Assembly: GCA_036261625.1 (NCBI GenBank)
Contig: DATAKL010000019.1
Location: forward strand, 5,185-69,184
Length of the DNA stretch: 64,000 bases
Reading direction: 5' to 3'
Source of the DNA: Ignavibacteriales bacterium
Lineage (GTDB): Bacteria; Bacteroidota; Ignavibacteria; Ignavibacteriales; SURF-24
The notes under the pieces were generated by a model. That model was not told the DNA's origin, did no database searches, and was given only the letters and a program-made list of their open reading frames with translations. Positions 52,825 to 62,498 of this stretch are shown here, one piece after another. Each line of letters opens with the position of its first letter. Within the stretch, counting starts at the first letter, position 1. A program made the position numbers and the translations under genes.

Positions 52825-55800
52825 ATGAGTTTATCATCATTAAGTATAAAAAGACCCGTACTGGCTATTGTGATGGCAATAGTGATAATTCTCTTCGGGT
52901 TTATAGGCTACACATATCTTGGCGTTCGTGAGTACCCGAGCGTGGATGCCCCTATTATTACAGTCTCCACGGCTTATACGGGGGCCAATGCAGAGGTAAT
53001 TGAGTCGCAGATAACAGAACCTCTGGAGGAATCGATCAACGGTATTGCAGGCATACGCAGCCTGACGTCGGTTTCAAGCGAGGGAAGAAGTTCCATAACT
53101 GTGGAGTTTTCACTGGACGTGGATCTGGAGACCGCAGCCAATGACGTGCGCGACCGTGCAGCCAGGGCTGTGAGGAATCTTCCTCCTGATGCCGATCCGC
53201 CTGTTGTGGCTAAGGCGGATGCAGATGCCAGTTCGATATTTATGCTGACATTAAAAAGCGATACCAGAAACCTCCTTGAACTAAGCGATTTTGCAAATAA
53301 CGTTTTCAAGGAAAGACTCCAGACCATTCCCGGAGTGAGCACGGTCCAGATCTGGGGCGAAAAGAAGCCTTCGATGAGACTCTGGCTCGATCCGGCAAAG
53401 CTTGCTGCATATGACCTCACAGCCATGGATGTAAGGAATGCCCTTAACAGGGAAAATATTGAGCTCCCCTCAGGACGAATTGAAGGGGCAAATACTGAGC
53501 TTACGGTGAGGACTTTAAGCCGCCTGCAGACCGTAGACGACTTTAATGATATGATCATCAAGGATTACGGCAATAATCCCGTGCGCCTTAAAGATGTTGG
53601 AGAAGCTGCCCTGGGCCCCGAGAACGAACGCTCTATTCTAAAACGCGACGGCGTGCCTATGGTTGGAATCGGCGTTGTTCCGCAGCCCGGATCAAATCAG
53701 ATTGACATTGTGGACAGGATCTATCAGGAACTGGCTAAAATTCAAAAGGATCTCCCCGGTGATATTAAAACACAAATCGGCTTCGATAATACATCGTATA
53801 TAAGAAAATCAATCACAGAAGTTGAGGAAACAGTCTATATTGCACTCGGACTCGTTATTCTCATTATATTTGCATTCTTAAGGGACTGGAGGACAACTTT
53901 AATACCTATAGTTGCCATTCCTGTTTCTCTTATCGGTGCATTCTTTATAATGTACCTGATGAACTTCTCGATTAACGTCCTTACGCTGCTCGGCATTGTG
54001 CTTGCAATCGGCCTGGTGGTGGATGATGCTATTGTGGTGCTTGAAAATATTTACTCCAAGGTTGAGCAGGGAATGCCTCCCAGGGAAGCCGGCATGAAGG
54101 GATCGGCTGAAATATTCTTTGCAATTATCTCAACTACAATCACTCTGGCAGCGGTGTTCCTTCCGATCATATTCCTGCAGGGTATGACGGGAAGGCTTTT
54201 CCGTGAATTCGGTATTGTGGTTGCAGGCTCTGTTCTTATCTCAGCCTTTGTGGCTTTGACACTTACACCTATGCTCAGTACAAAAATCCTTAAGCCCAGG
54301 CAGGGACATAACTGGTTTTACAGGAAAACCGAGCCTTTCTTTGTGTGGCTTTCCAATGCATATAAGAATGCTTTGGACAGGTTTATGGCAAAGCGCTGGC
54401 TGGCTTTTATTATTATGGCAGTCTCGGCAGCCGTCATTGTTGTTATTGGAGGCAGCCTGCAGAGCGAACTTGCGCCTTTAGAGGACAGAAGCCAGCTCAG
54501 AATTTCCTCTACAATGCCTGAGGGAACCTCTTATGAGGCTATGGACAGCTACATGGACCAGCTCACTAAGTTTGTGCAGGACACGGTAAAGGGAACCCAG
54601 ACACTCCTTTCAATTACAGCCCCGGGCTATGGAGGTGCAGGATCTGTAAATTCAGGCATGATATTCCTCGTCCTTAAAGACAGGGATGAAAGGCCAAAAA
54701 GCCAGCAGCAGATATTTGAAGACCTCTCGGGCTCCTTCAGGAAGTTTAACGCTGCAAGAACAATTGCCATGCAGGCGCAGACCATCGGAGGCTCACGCGG
54801 AGGCCTGCCTGTGCAGTACGTACTCCAGGCCCCGAATTCAGAGAAGCTGCGCGAGGCACTGCCGAAGTTTTTCCAGGCGGCAAACCAGGACCCCACCTTC
54901 AGCGTCGTTGACGTCAACCTGAAGTTCAATAAGCCTGAACTTGTGGTATCCATAGACCGCGACCGCGCGCGCTCTCTCGGGGTTTCGGCTGTTGATATTG
55001 CACAGACACTCTCGCTTGCCTTAAGCGGGCAGCGCTTCGGCTACTTTTATATGAACGGCAAGCAGTACCAGGTAATCGGACAGGTAAAAAGAGCCGACAG
55101 GAGTGAACCCCTCAACCTGAAATCACTCTTTGTAAAAAATTCCAATGGCGAACTAATCCAGCTGGATAACCTGGTAAGCTTAAAAGAGCAGATCAACTCG
55201 CCCCAGCTCTACCGCTTTAACCGCTATACGGCAGCAACCATATCAGCTAACCTAGCTCCGGGCAAAACCATAGGCGACGGTATTAAGGCAATGGATGCAA
55301 TTGCCAAAAGGGTTCTGGATCCTTCCTTCTCAACAGCCCTAAACGGGCCTTCGAAAGACTTTGCAGAAAGCTCCTCAAGCCTTGTTTTTACATTTATGCT
55401 GGCCCTTGTGCTCATTTACCTCATTCTGGCCGCACAGTTCGAGAGCTTCCGCGACCCGTTGATCATAATGTTCACGGTGCCTCTGGCTTTAGCCGGAGCA
55501 CTCATGTCGCTCTGGTACTTTAACCATACGATGAATATTTTCAGCGAGATCGGCATGATCATGCTGATAGGACTGGTAACCAAAAACGGTATTCTGATCG
55601 TGGAATTTGCAAACCAGAGGCGCTCTCAGGGGCTTTCGCTTCTTGATGCCGTCAAGGATGCCTCGGTGTCCCGTTTCCGTCCTATTATCATGACAAGCCT
55701 TGCTACAATTCTCGGCACACTTCCTATTGCGCTTGCACTGGGTTCCGGCGCAGGAAGCAGGGTTTCCATGGGTGTGGCGGTTATCGGGGGGCTCATCTTC

Positions 55801-55941
55801 TCGACATTCCTTACGCTTTTTGTTGTTCCTGCAATTTACTCTTATCTCTCGCCTAAGGGTGAGGTCTTAAGTAACGTTACAGATGATTTTGCGGGCAGCG
55901 GCAGGAAAGACAAAGTTGAAGACGAGTTTGTGACAAAGTAA
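52825..55941 (+). CDS. efflux RND transporter permease (AcrB/HAE1-like)
   Basis: 1038 aa with 12 TM helices and two large periplasmic loops. Family blocks are SIKRPVLAIVMAIVIILFG and GLVVDDAIVVLENI. Confidence 0.95.
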   Translation: MSLSSLSIKRPVLAIVMAIVIILFGFIGYTYLGVREYPSVDAPIITVSTAYTGANAEVIESQITEPLEESINGIAGIRSLTSVSSEGRSSITVEFSLDVDLETAANDVRDRAARAVRNLPPDADPPVVAKADADASSIFMLTLKSDTRNLLELSDFANNVFKERLQTIPGVSTVQIWGEKKPSMRLWLDPAKLAAYDLTAMDVRNALNRENIELPSGRIEGANTELTVRTLSRLQTVDDFNDMIIKDYGNNPVRLKDVGEAALGPENERSILKRDGVPMVGIGVVPQPGSNQIDIVDRIYQELAKIQKDLPGDIKTQIGFDNTSYIRKSITEVEETVYIALGLVILIIFAFLRDWRTTLIPIVAIPVSLIGAFFIMYLMNFSINVLTLLGIVLAIGLVVDDAIVVLENIYSKVEQGMPPREAGMKGSAEIFFAIISTTITLAAVFLPIIFLQGMTGRLFREFGIVVAGSVLISAFVALTLTPMLSTKILKPRQGHNWFYRKTEPFFVWLSNAYKNALDRFMAKRWLAFIIMAVSAAVIVVIGGSLQSELAPLEDRSQLRISSTMPEGTSYEAMDSYMDQLTKFVQDTVKGTQTLLSITAPGYGGAGSVNSGMIFLVLKDRDERPKSQQQIFEDLSGSFRKFNAARTIAMQAQTIGGSRGGLPVQYVLQAPNSEKLREALPKFFQAANQDPTFSVVDVNLKFNKPELVVSIDRDRARSLGVSAVDIAQTLSLALSGQRFGYFYMNGKQYQVIGQVKRADRSEPLNLKSLFVKNSNGELIQLDNLVSLKEQINSPQLYRFNRYTAATISANLAPGKTIGDGIKAMDAIAKRVLDPSFSTALNGPSKDFAESSSSLVFTFMLALVLIYLILAAQFESFRDPLIIMFTVPLALAGALMSLWYFNHTMNIFSEIGMIMLIGLVTKNGILIVEFANQRRSQGLSLLDAVKDASVSRFRPIIMTSLATILGTLPIALALGSGAGSRVSMGVAVIGGLIFSTFLTLFVVPAIYSYLSPKGEVLSNVTDDFAGSGRKDKVEDEFVTK

Positions 55942-56034
55942 AAATTTTATGACGGGGCGGGAATGCCTTGCCCCGGAAAATAAATATTCAGAAAAGAGTT
56001 CTGAATTCTAATTTGAAATTACGGATTAACGATT

Positions 56035-57339
56035 ATGTTGAAACTTTTGGCTATTATAATTCTCCTGCTTAGCGTAAATGTGTTTTCTCAGGAGACTCTC
56101 ACTTTAGAAAAAGCTGTACAGATTGGACTTGAAAATAACTACTCTATAAAACTGGCCGGAAATGATCTCAGGATTTCAGAGAACAATGCGACTCTGGGCA
56201 ATGCCGGATTTCTTCCCAGGCTTGACTTAACGGCCTCAGAGAACAACAGCATGAACAATACTCACCAGGAGTATTCAAGCGGACAGGTGACCGATAAGAA
56301 GAATGCAACATCCGCCTCCTCCACGGCCGGTATTGCACTCAACTGGACCATATTCGACGGAATGAATATGTTCACAAATTTCAGCCGTCTGAAGGAGCTT
56401 AATTCACTGGGCGAAATTAACGCCAGGGCCGCCGTTGAAAACAACGTGGCTTCAATCATGAGCAGCTATTACAATATAGTCAGCATTCAGCAGACCATCA
56501 GGGCCATCCAGGATGCCATAAAAATTTCAGAGGAAAGGGTCAGAATTGCAGAGGAAAAGTACAACCTGGGCTCGGGCTCAAAACTGGAACTCCTGCAGGC
56601 CAGGGTGGATCTTAATGCCGACAGATCTAATCTCCTCAAACAGCAGATTAGTCTTTCACAGGCAAAAGTTAGCTTGAACCAGCTCATGGGACTTGAAAGC
56701 ACGAAGGATTTTCTGATCCGTGATACCATAATTATCAGCTCCAGGATGGATTACAATTCCCTGAAGAATATGGTCCTGAACAGCAACAGTGCGCTTAAAT
56801 CAGCAGGGAAAAACGTCTCTGTTGCCTCGCTTAACCTCTCGGGCTTAAGGTCTCTTTGGTATCCGACACTTGGATTGTTCTTAAATTATAACTTCTCAGG
56901 TTCCCAGGCGCAGGCCGGGCTCATAAAGAGCAGCCAGACCAATGGTTTTTCATACGGACTTAACCTGTCGTTTAACCTCTTCAACGGCCTTAATACGTCG
57001 CGCCAGGTTGAAAACGCAAAAATATCTCTTGAGAGCAGCCAGCTTGAGTACGATGACCTGAAGAACAAAATCCAGTCCTCATTCGAGCAGGAATACACAA
57101 GCTACAGTAATAACATTCAGCAGGTGAAGATGGAGGAGGAAAACCTGGAAGCGGCGCGCCAGAATGCCGGGATTGCACTCGACCGTTTTAAGTACGGAAC
57201 ATACTCATCACTTGAGCTCTCAGTTGCACAGAAGTCCTACCTTGATGCTGAAAGCCGCCTCGTGGCAGCAGAGTACGCTGCTAAAAAAAGCGAGATAGAA
57301 CTGATGAGACTCTCGGGACAGATTATAAAGCAGTTTTAA
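56035..57339 (+). CDS. TolC-family outer-membrane efflux protein
   Basis: It has a signal peptide, LTLEKAVQIGLENNYSIK, and a duplicated OEP repeat architecture. Confidence 0.9.
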   Translation: MLKLLAIIILLLSVNVFSQETLTLEKAVQIGLENNYSIKLAGNDLRISENNATLGNAGFLPRLDLTASENNSMNNTHQEYSSGQVTDKKNATSASSTAGIALNWTIFDGMNMFTNFSRLKELNSLGEINARAAVENNVASIMSSYYNIVSIQQTIRAIQDAIKISEERVRIAEEKYNLGSGSKLELLQARVDLNADRSNLLKQQISLSQAKVSLNQLMGLESTKDFLIRDTIIISSRMDYNSLKNMVLNSNSALKSAGKNVSVASLNLSGLRSLWYPTLGLFLNYNFSGSQAQAGLIKSSQTNGFSYGLNLSFNLFNGLNTSRQVENAKISLESSQLEYDDLKNKIQSSFEQEYTSYSNNIQQVKMEEENLEAARQNAGIALDRFKYGTYSSLELSVAQKSYLDAESRLVAAEYAAKKSEIELMRLSGQIIKQF

Positions 57340-57357
57340 TCAGAGCTTAAAGGTCTA

Positions 57358-57402
57358 AAGCCCAAAGCCGGCGCCTTAAACGCCGTCTTTGGGCTTTTTA
57401 GC
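57358..57402 (+). terminator. rho-independent terminator between convergent tolC-like and MFS genes
   Basis: The stem aaagcccaaag(c)cggcg / cgccg(t)ctttgggcttt is followed by TT-A. It could also serve the convergent minus-strand gene weakly. Confidence 0.6.
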
Positions 57403-57415
57403 TTTGGGCTATTTT

Positions 57416-58666
57416 TTAATATTCTTCCAGATAATTGAGATCCTTGTGGTAGGATTCCTCCATAAAGTATAGCGATATGAATGCTATCAGAAGCGACACG
57501 GCCCCCACAATCATTGCGCTATGGATTATGCCGAAATGCCCCTTTAAGGCCGTAAATGAAAGCGTAATCGGAACCGTTGAGCCCCTTACAAAGTTTGGTA
57601 CCGTAGTTGTAACCGTGGCGCGCAGGTTAGTTCCGAACTGTTCCGAAGCAATGGTAACGAAAACAGCCCAGTAGCCAATTGAAATTCCTATAAGTAAGCA
57701 GAGTGCATAAAAGTAAGTGGGAGAGGCCCCGTAGGAGAATAGATAAACCCCTACAAGCACCGCTGTTGCAGCAAGGAATGTGTAAACAACTTTTTTCCTG
57801 CTTCTTATCATCTGGCTTCCGAAGCCGCTAATGATATCCCCGAGTACAAGTCCCAGATAAGTAAACATGATAGCGCTGCCGGCTGAAATTGGAGCCGTAA
57901 TTCCAAGCGTTCTGGCGAATTCAGGGGAGAAGGTTATAAGCACTCCTACTACAAACCATGTCGGCAGTCCGATCAGTATGCACTGCAGGTACTTGAAGAG
58001 TCTTTTTCTTGAGGTGAACAGGCTTATAAAATCCCCTTTGCGCACATTCATCGACTTAATGGATGAGTACATGCCCGATTCAAACATTTTAATTCTGAGT
58101 ATAAGGAGCACAAAGCCGAGGCATCCGCCGACTATGTATGCTGTGCTCCAGGGAAGAAAGTCCCCCACGAGGGCTGCTGTAACTGAACCCATAATGCCCA
58201 CGGAGGCTACAATTGCAGTTCCGTAGCCTCTAAGGCGCTGCGGCAGAGTCTCGCTTACGAGTGTCACTGCAGCGCCAAGCTCTCCGGCAAGTCCCACACC
58301 GGCTAAGAAACGCATGAGGGCATAGACATCGGGGGTTTGTGCAAACGCGTTTGCAATGTTTGCAACCGAGTAGAGGAAGATGGAGCCGAAAAGAACGGAA
58401 ATTCTTCCTTTCTTATCCCCTAAAATTCCCCAGATTATGCCTCCAATGAGCATGCCGGCCATCTGCATATTCAGCAGATAGACGCCTGTACTTACCAGGG
58501 CATCGCCCGAAACACCCATCGACCTTAAGGACGGCACTCTTACGATTCCAAAAAGCAGGAGATCATACATGTCAACAAAATACCCCAGAGCAGAAACAAG
58601 AATGGTTATATTCAGAAGAGCTTTTAGATCACCGAGCCTGGAATTACTGACTTTTGAATTATTCAT
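57416..58666 (-). CDS. MFS transporter
   Basis: 416 aa with 12 TM helices and an MFS loop 2-3 motif (GILGDKKGR). Confidence 0.88.
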   Translation of the reverse strand: MNNSKVSNSRLGDLKALLNITILVSALGYFVDMYDLLLFGIVRVPSLRSMGVSGDALVSTGVYLLNMQMAGMLIGGIIWGILGDKKGRISVLFGSIFLYSVANIANAFAQTPDVYALMRFLAGVGLAGELGAAVTLVSETLPQRLRGYGTAIVASVGIMGSVTAALVGDFLPWSTAYIVGGCLGFVLLILRIKMFESGMYSSIKSMNVRKGDFISLFTSRKRLFKYLQCILIGLPTWFVVGVLITFSPEFARTLGITAPISAGSAIMFTYLGLVLGDIISGFGSQMIRSRKKVVYTFLAATAVLVGVYLFSYGASPTYFYALCLLIGISIGYWAVFVTIASEQFGTNLRATVTTTVPNFVRGSTVPITLSFTALKGHFGIIHSAMIVGAVSLLIAFISLYFMEESYHKDLNYLEEY

Positions 58667-58928
58667 TATTATCCTTTCCGGCTAAAAGAACATTAAAAAT
58701 CATAATAAAGAAAGATTTGCAAAAATAATACGTAAGAGAATAAATGGGAAGCATTATTTTTATTATTTTTTGCACTGACTGATATTTAACAAATTGCGTA
58801 GTTTCGCCCTGTGGAATACTTCGGGATACGGTGTGGAGAAAAAAAAGTGCACTTTGAAATTAATTTCTAAATGACACCAATAATTTTATATTATTATAAC
58901 ATTTTACCGACAAAAGGAACTCTCACGA

Positions 58929-59999
58929 ATGAATAAAACTCTGCTGGCAGCCTTCATATTATTATTAAGCGCGATAAACATATTCCCGCAGAAAGTCGTA
59001 GGATACTACAGCTCAGGTTATGCTTCGATGCCGTATTCAGCCATTCCTTATTACTCTCTTACGCATATTTGTCATGCTTTTATACGTCCTAACAGCGACG
59101 GGTCGCTTTCTGTAAGACCGGGTTTTATTTATAAGGAGATGGTGGAGACCGCACACCGCAACAATGTAAAGGTGCTCATTTCACTTGGAGGCTGGGACAC
59201 GGTTGCGGCAAAAAATTTCAGGACATTATCAGCAGACCAGCAGTCAAGAAAAAAGTTTGTCTCTGAGCTTACGCAATTCTGCCGCACCAACGGCTACGAC
59301 GGGGCTGATATAGACTGGGAATACCCTGAGATGAGGGATGCTCAGAACTATGTGGCACTTATAAGGGACTTAAGAAAATCCTTTAAGGCCTCTGGCATAC
59401 CGCTAATTACGGCAGCATTGCCCTCACAGGATTTCAGGCAGGGCTATGACATCCAGAAGCTTAAGAAGCTCCTCGACTGGTTCAGCATAATGACATACGA
59501 CTTTGCCGGTGCATGGGAAAATAATGCATACCACAACTCTCCTCTTTATCCCTCCGTAAGTCAGCAGGGGTCCATTGACAACAGCATGCAGTACTATATT
59601 TCCAAGGGGGTACCCAGGTCTAAGCTTATGATAGGCATGGCCTTCTACGGCTACAGAATGAATACGCCGGATATTTACCAGAAGCTTTCAGACAAAGTAG
59701 TGCCTGCCGTTAGCTACCTGGCGGCCGATTCAATGAAGAAGTCAAATGAGTGGACATACAACTGGGATAAAACCTCAATGAGTCCGTTTCTGCAGAATAA
59801 GGCGAAAACACAGGTTGTAACATATGATGATCCGGCATCCGTAAAATTAAAGTGCCAGTATGTAAAGAAAAACGGCCTGGGAGGAGCGATCATCTGGGAA
59901 CTGCATAAAGACTACGACGGCCTTAAGTCGCATCTGATGGAAGTTGTGGCAAAGAACCTTCCCAAAAGAAAAACATCCCTTCAAAGGGCCGGACACTAA
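58929..59999 (+). CDS. GH18 glycoside hydrolase (chitinase / endo-beta-N-acetylglucosaminidase-like), signal peptide only
   Basis: It carries KVVGYY, SLGGW and an intact catalytic DxxDxDxE (DGADIDWE, nt 59298-59321), plus MTYDF and GGAIIWEL. Confidence 0.88.
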   Translation: MNKTLLAAFILLLSAINIFPQKVVGYYSSGYASMPYSAIPYYSLTHICHAFIRPNSDGSLSVRPGFIYKEMVETAHRNNVKVLISLGGWDTVAAKNFRTLSADQQSRKKFVSELTQFCRTNGYDGADIDWEYPEMRDAQNYVALIRDLRKSFKASGIPLITAALPSQDFRQGYDIQKLKKLLDWFSIMTYDFAGAWENNAYHNSPLYPSVSQQGSIDNSMQYYISKGVPRSKLMIGMAFYGYRMNTPDIYQKLSDKVVPAVSYLAADSMKKSNEWTYNWDKTSMSPFLQNKAKTQVVTYDDPASVKLKCQYVKKNGLGGAIIWELHKDYDGLKSHLMEVVAKNLPKRKTSLQRAGH

Positions 60000-60059
60000 T
60001 TCAGATCCGGTTCCTAAAGGTAAAAACTGAATCTTTTATTATTAACTCTGAGAGAATAC

Positions 60060-61400
60060 ATGAGAAAAATACTACCGCTTTTATTGTTCGTTTTTTTGTT
60101 AAGTGCCAATCTTCTGGCGCAAAAGGTTGTGGGGTACTATTACGGGAGCTATTCTGTATATCCTCCATCAGTAATTCAGTTTGAAAATCTTACACATATA
60201 AGTCACGCTTTTATACGTCCGAATGCTGACGGCACTTTGGCTGTCCCCAGCTGGTATCTTCTTCCTGAACTTATAACCGAAGCTCACAAGCACGGTGTAA
60301 AAGTGCTTGTGGCACTTGGCGGCTACGACCCGACGGCTGATGCCAACTTCAGAAGCCTGGCCGCAAGCTCAGCTGCGAGGAAGACCTTTGCCTCAAAACT
60401 AGCGGATTTCTGCAAACAGTACGGCTACGACGGCGCCGATATAGACTGGGAATATCCCAAAGGGGCAGATGCGGCTAATTATGTCCTAATGGTAACGGAA
60501 ATAAGACAGGCATTTAACACTGCAGGTATCCCTCTTGTAAGTGCAGCGCTTCCTTCTACCGACTGGAACAACGGTTATGATATTGCAAAGCTGACGCCGC
60601 TTCTGGACTGGTTCGGCATTATGACCTATGACATTGGCGGAACATGGGAAAAGGCAGTTTACCATACTTCACCATTATATCCATCACCCCAGGCCTCGGG
60701 ATCTGTGGACAACAGCGCAAGGTATTATGCCAATAAAGGAATGCCGAAGGATAAGATGCTTACCGGCATGGCCTTCTACGGGTATAAGTATACCGCTGCA
60801 GGCATGTACCAGAGCCATACTGCCGGTGAAGGTTCCTCGATCACTTACGTAAATGCCGAAGCCTTGAGAAATTCTACCGACTGGGATTACTTCTGGGATA
60901 ACACGGCCAAGGTTCCGTACCTTCAGAATAAAGCCCGCACACAGGTTGTTTCCTACGACGACACGGCTTCCATAAGGCTTAAATGCAATTATATCAAAAG
61001 CAGCAAACTGGGAGGCACAATCATATGGGCTCTGCACCAGAGCTATAACGGAAGGACTTCACCACTGCTGAATGTGATAGGGGATAATCTTCTGAAAAAT
61101 ACCTCAACAGGCGTTGATAACAAATATGCAATGACTCCGAAGTCCTTTGAGCTAAAGAATTATCCTAATCCTTTTAATCCTTCCACCACTGTCACTTATT
61201 CGGTGCCGGAACCCGGGGTAATTAAGATCAGCGTCTATGATGTATTAGGGCGCCTCGTTCAGGACCTTGTAAGCCAGCAAAAAGAACCAGGGGAGTATAA
61301 GACAACCTTTGATGCATCGGGGCTTGAAAGCGGAATTTATTTTTGCCGCTTAAGTTCAGGCCGCTACGTGCAGATTCAGAAGATGGTGCTCTTAAGATGA
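60060..61400 (+). CDS. GH18 glycoside hydrolase with T9SS C-terminal sorting domain
   Basis: It is a paralog of the preceding gene, with DGADIDWE at nt 60429-60452. An extra ~85-aa C-terminal domain (LKNYPNPFNPSTTVTYSV...GIYFCRL...KMVLLR) fits the T9SS sorting-domain pattern. Confidence 0.9.
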   Translation: MRKILPLLLFVFLLSANLLAQKVVGYYYGSYSVYPPSVIQFENLTHISHAFIRPNADGTLAVPSWYLLPELITEAHKHGVKVLVALGGYDPTADANFRSLAASSAARKTFASKLADFCKQYGYDGADIDWEYPKGADAANYVLMVTEIRQAFNTAGIPLVSAALPSTDWNNGYDIAKLTPLLDWFGIMTYDIGGTWEKAVYHTSPLYPSPQASGSVDNSARYYANKGMPKDKMLTGMAFYGYKYTAAGMYQSHTAGEGSSITYVNAEALRNSTDWDYFWDNTAKVPYLQNKARTQVVSYDDTASIRLKCNYIKSSKLGGTIIWALHQSYNGRTSPLLNVIGDNLLKNTSTGVDNKYAMTPKSFELKNYPNPFNPSTTVTYSVPEPGVIKISVYDVLGRLVQDLVSQQKEPGEYKTTFDASGLESGIYFCRLSSGRYVQIQKMVLLR

Positions 61401-61488
61401 CAATACGGGGCGGAAGTGCAAAAATTTGTACTGATGCGTAAGGTTAAAAATTGTTATATTTGATTCCAAAAAATTACCGGATTGTATT

Positions 61489-62316
61489 TTGAAAGTGAAA
61501 ATAAGCTATTTCCTGCTCCTGTTAATAATTCCGTTTATGCATATAAAGGCTCAGGACGGACTGGTTAGAGATTATTACGATAACGGACACATGAAATCGG
61601 CAATATATTATGCCAACGATATTCTCCACGGGACAGCCAGGTGGTTCTATGAAAACGGAGTCCTGAAGGAGGAGAAAAACTACGAAATGGGGAAGCTGAA
61701 CGGCTGGATTAAAACCTGGTACGAAAACAGCGCCCCGAAGCTGGAACTCTTCATTAAAGACGGCAAACGCGACGGCATTGCAAAGGAATATTACGACAAC
61801 GGCGGCCTTAAGACCTATATGGTCTATGTTGAGGGGGTTCTGAAGGAAAAGAAGGAATACGGCTACGACGTTACTCTTCAGCCGCCTACACCGGAAGGCC
61901 ATACCAACGACATGCTTATGAGAGGAGGGGCCAGGAAGAATACCGTTTCCTCAGCTGACAGTCCTGCCCCCGGAGCCGAAAACCTGATTAAGGATAATTC
62001 TTCTAAAAATGACCAGAATGAGTATTTCCTTGCCGTTGAGGAATACCCCCAGCCCGTTGGCGGAATGGATGCAATTATCTCAAAACTCGTCTATCCTGTA
62101 AATGCCCGCAATGCCCGCATTGAAGGGGAGGTAATTGTAAGAGCTTATATCGATGAGGCAGGAGCGGTTTCAAAAGCCGAAGTTGTCAAGGGAGTCGGAT
62201 TCGGACTTAATGAAGCGGCCCTGGAGGCTGTAAAGCAGACTATGTTCCATCCGGGAAGACAGAACGGAAAACCGGTTAAAACTCAGATCGTGATACCTGT
62301 TAACTTTAAGTTGTAA
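61489..62316 (+). CDS. MORN-variant-repeat protein with C-terminal TonB_C domain
   Basis: The start is TTG at 61489 or GTG at 61495. It has a hydrophobic N-terminus and MORN/YwqK-like repeats (YYDNGHMKSAIYYANDILHGTARWFYENGVLKEEKNYEMGKLNGWIKTWYENS...). The C-terminal TonB fold is YPVNARNARIEGEVIVRAYIDEAGAVSKAEVVKG...GKPVKTQIVIPVNFKL. Confidence 0.8.
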   Translation: MKVKISYFLLLLIIPFMHIKAQDGLVRDYYDNGHMKSAIYYANDILHGTARWFYENGVLKEEKNYEMGKLNGWIKTWYENSAPKLELFIKDGKRDGIAKEYYDNGGLKTYMVYVEGVLKEKKEYGYDVTLQPPTPEGHTNDMLMRGGARKNTVSSADSPAPGAENLIKDNSSKNDQNEYFLAVEEYPQPVGGMDAIISKLVYPVNARNARIEGEVIVRAYIDEAGAVSKAEVVKGVGFGLNEAALEAVKQTMFHPGRQNGKPVKTQIVIPVNFKL

Positions 62317-62359
62317 AGGTAAGTTTTAAGTTTTGAATTTTAAGTTTTAAGTTGAATAT

Positions 62360-62412
62360 GCCGGAAGTAAATATGGATTATATTCCCATGTTCACTTCCG
62401 GCTTTCTTTTTT
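62360..62412 (+). terminator. candidate rho-independent terminator
   Basis: The stem gccggaagt(a)aa / ttcacttccggc (62360-62371 / 62391-62402, one mismatch, 19-nt loop) is followed by tttctttttt. Confidence 0.5.
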
Positions 62413-62498
62413 AGGGCAAACATACCGCATAAACGTTTTAATTCTCTTCATTTTTATTTAGTTTTGAAATGCTTTCTTTAAAAATCCGGAGAATTAGA

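Noticed and set aside
52974-53561. A 195-aa minus-strand ORF.
   Set aside because: It is antisense shadow inside the RND permease gene.
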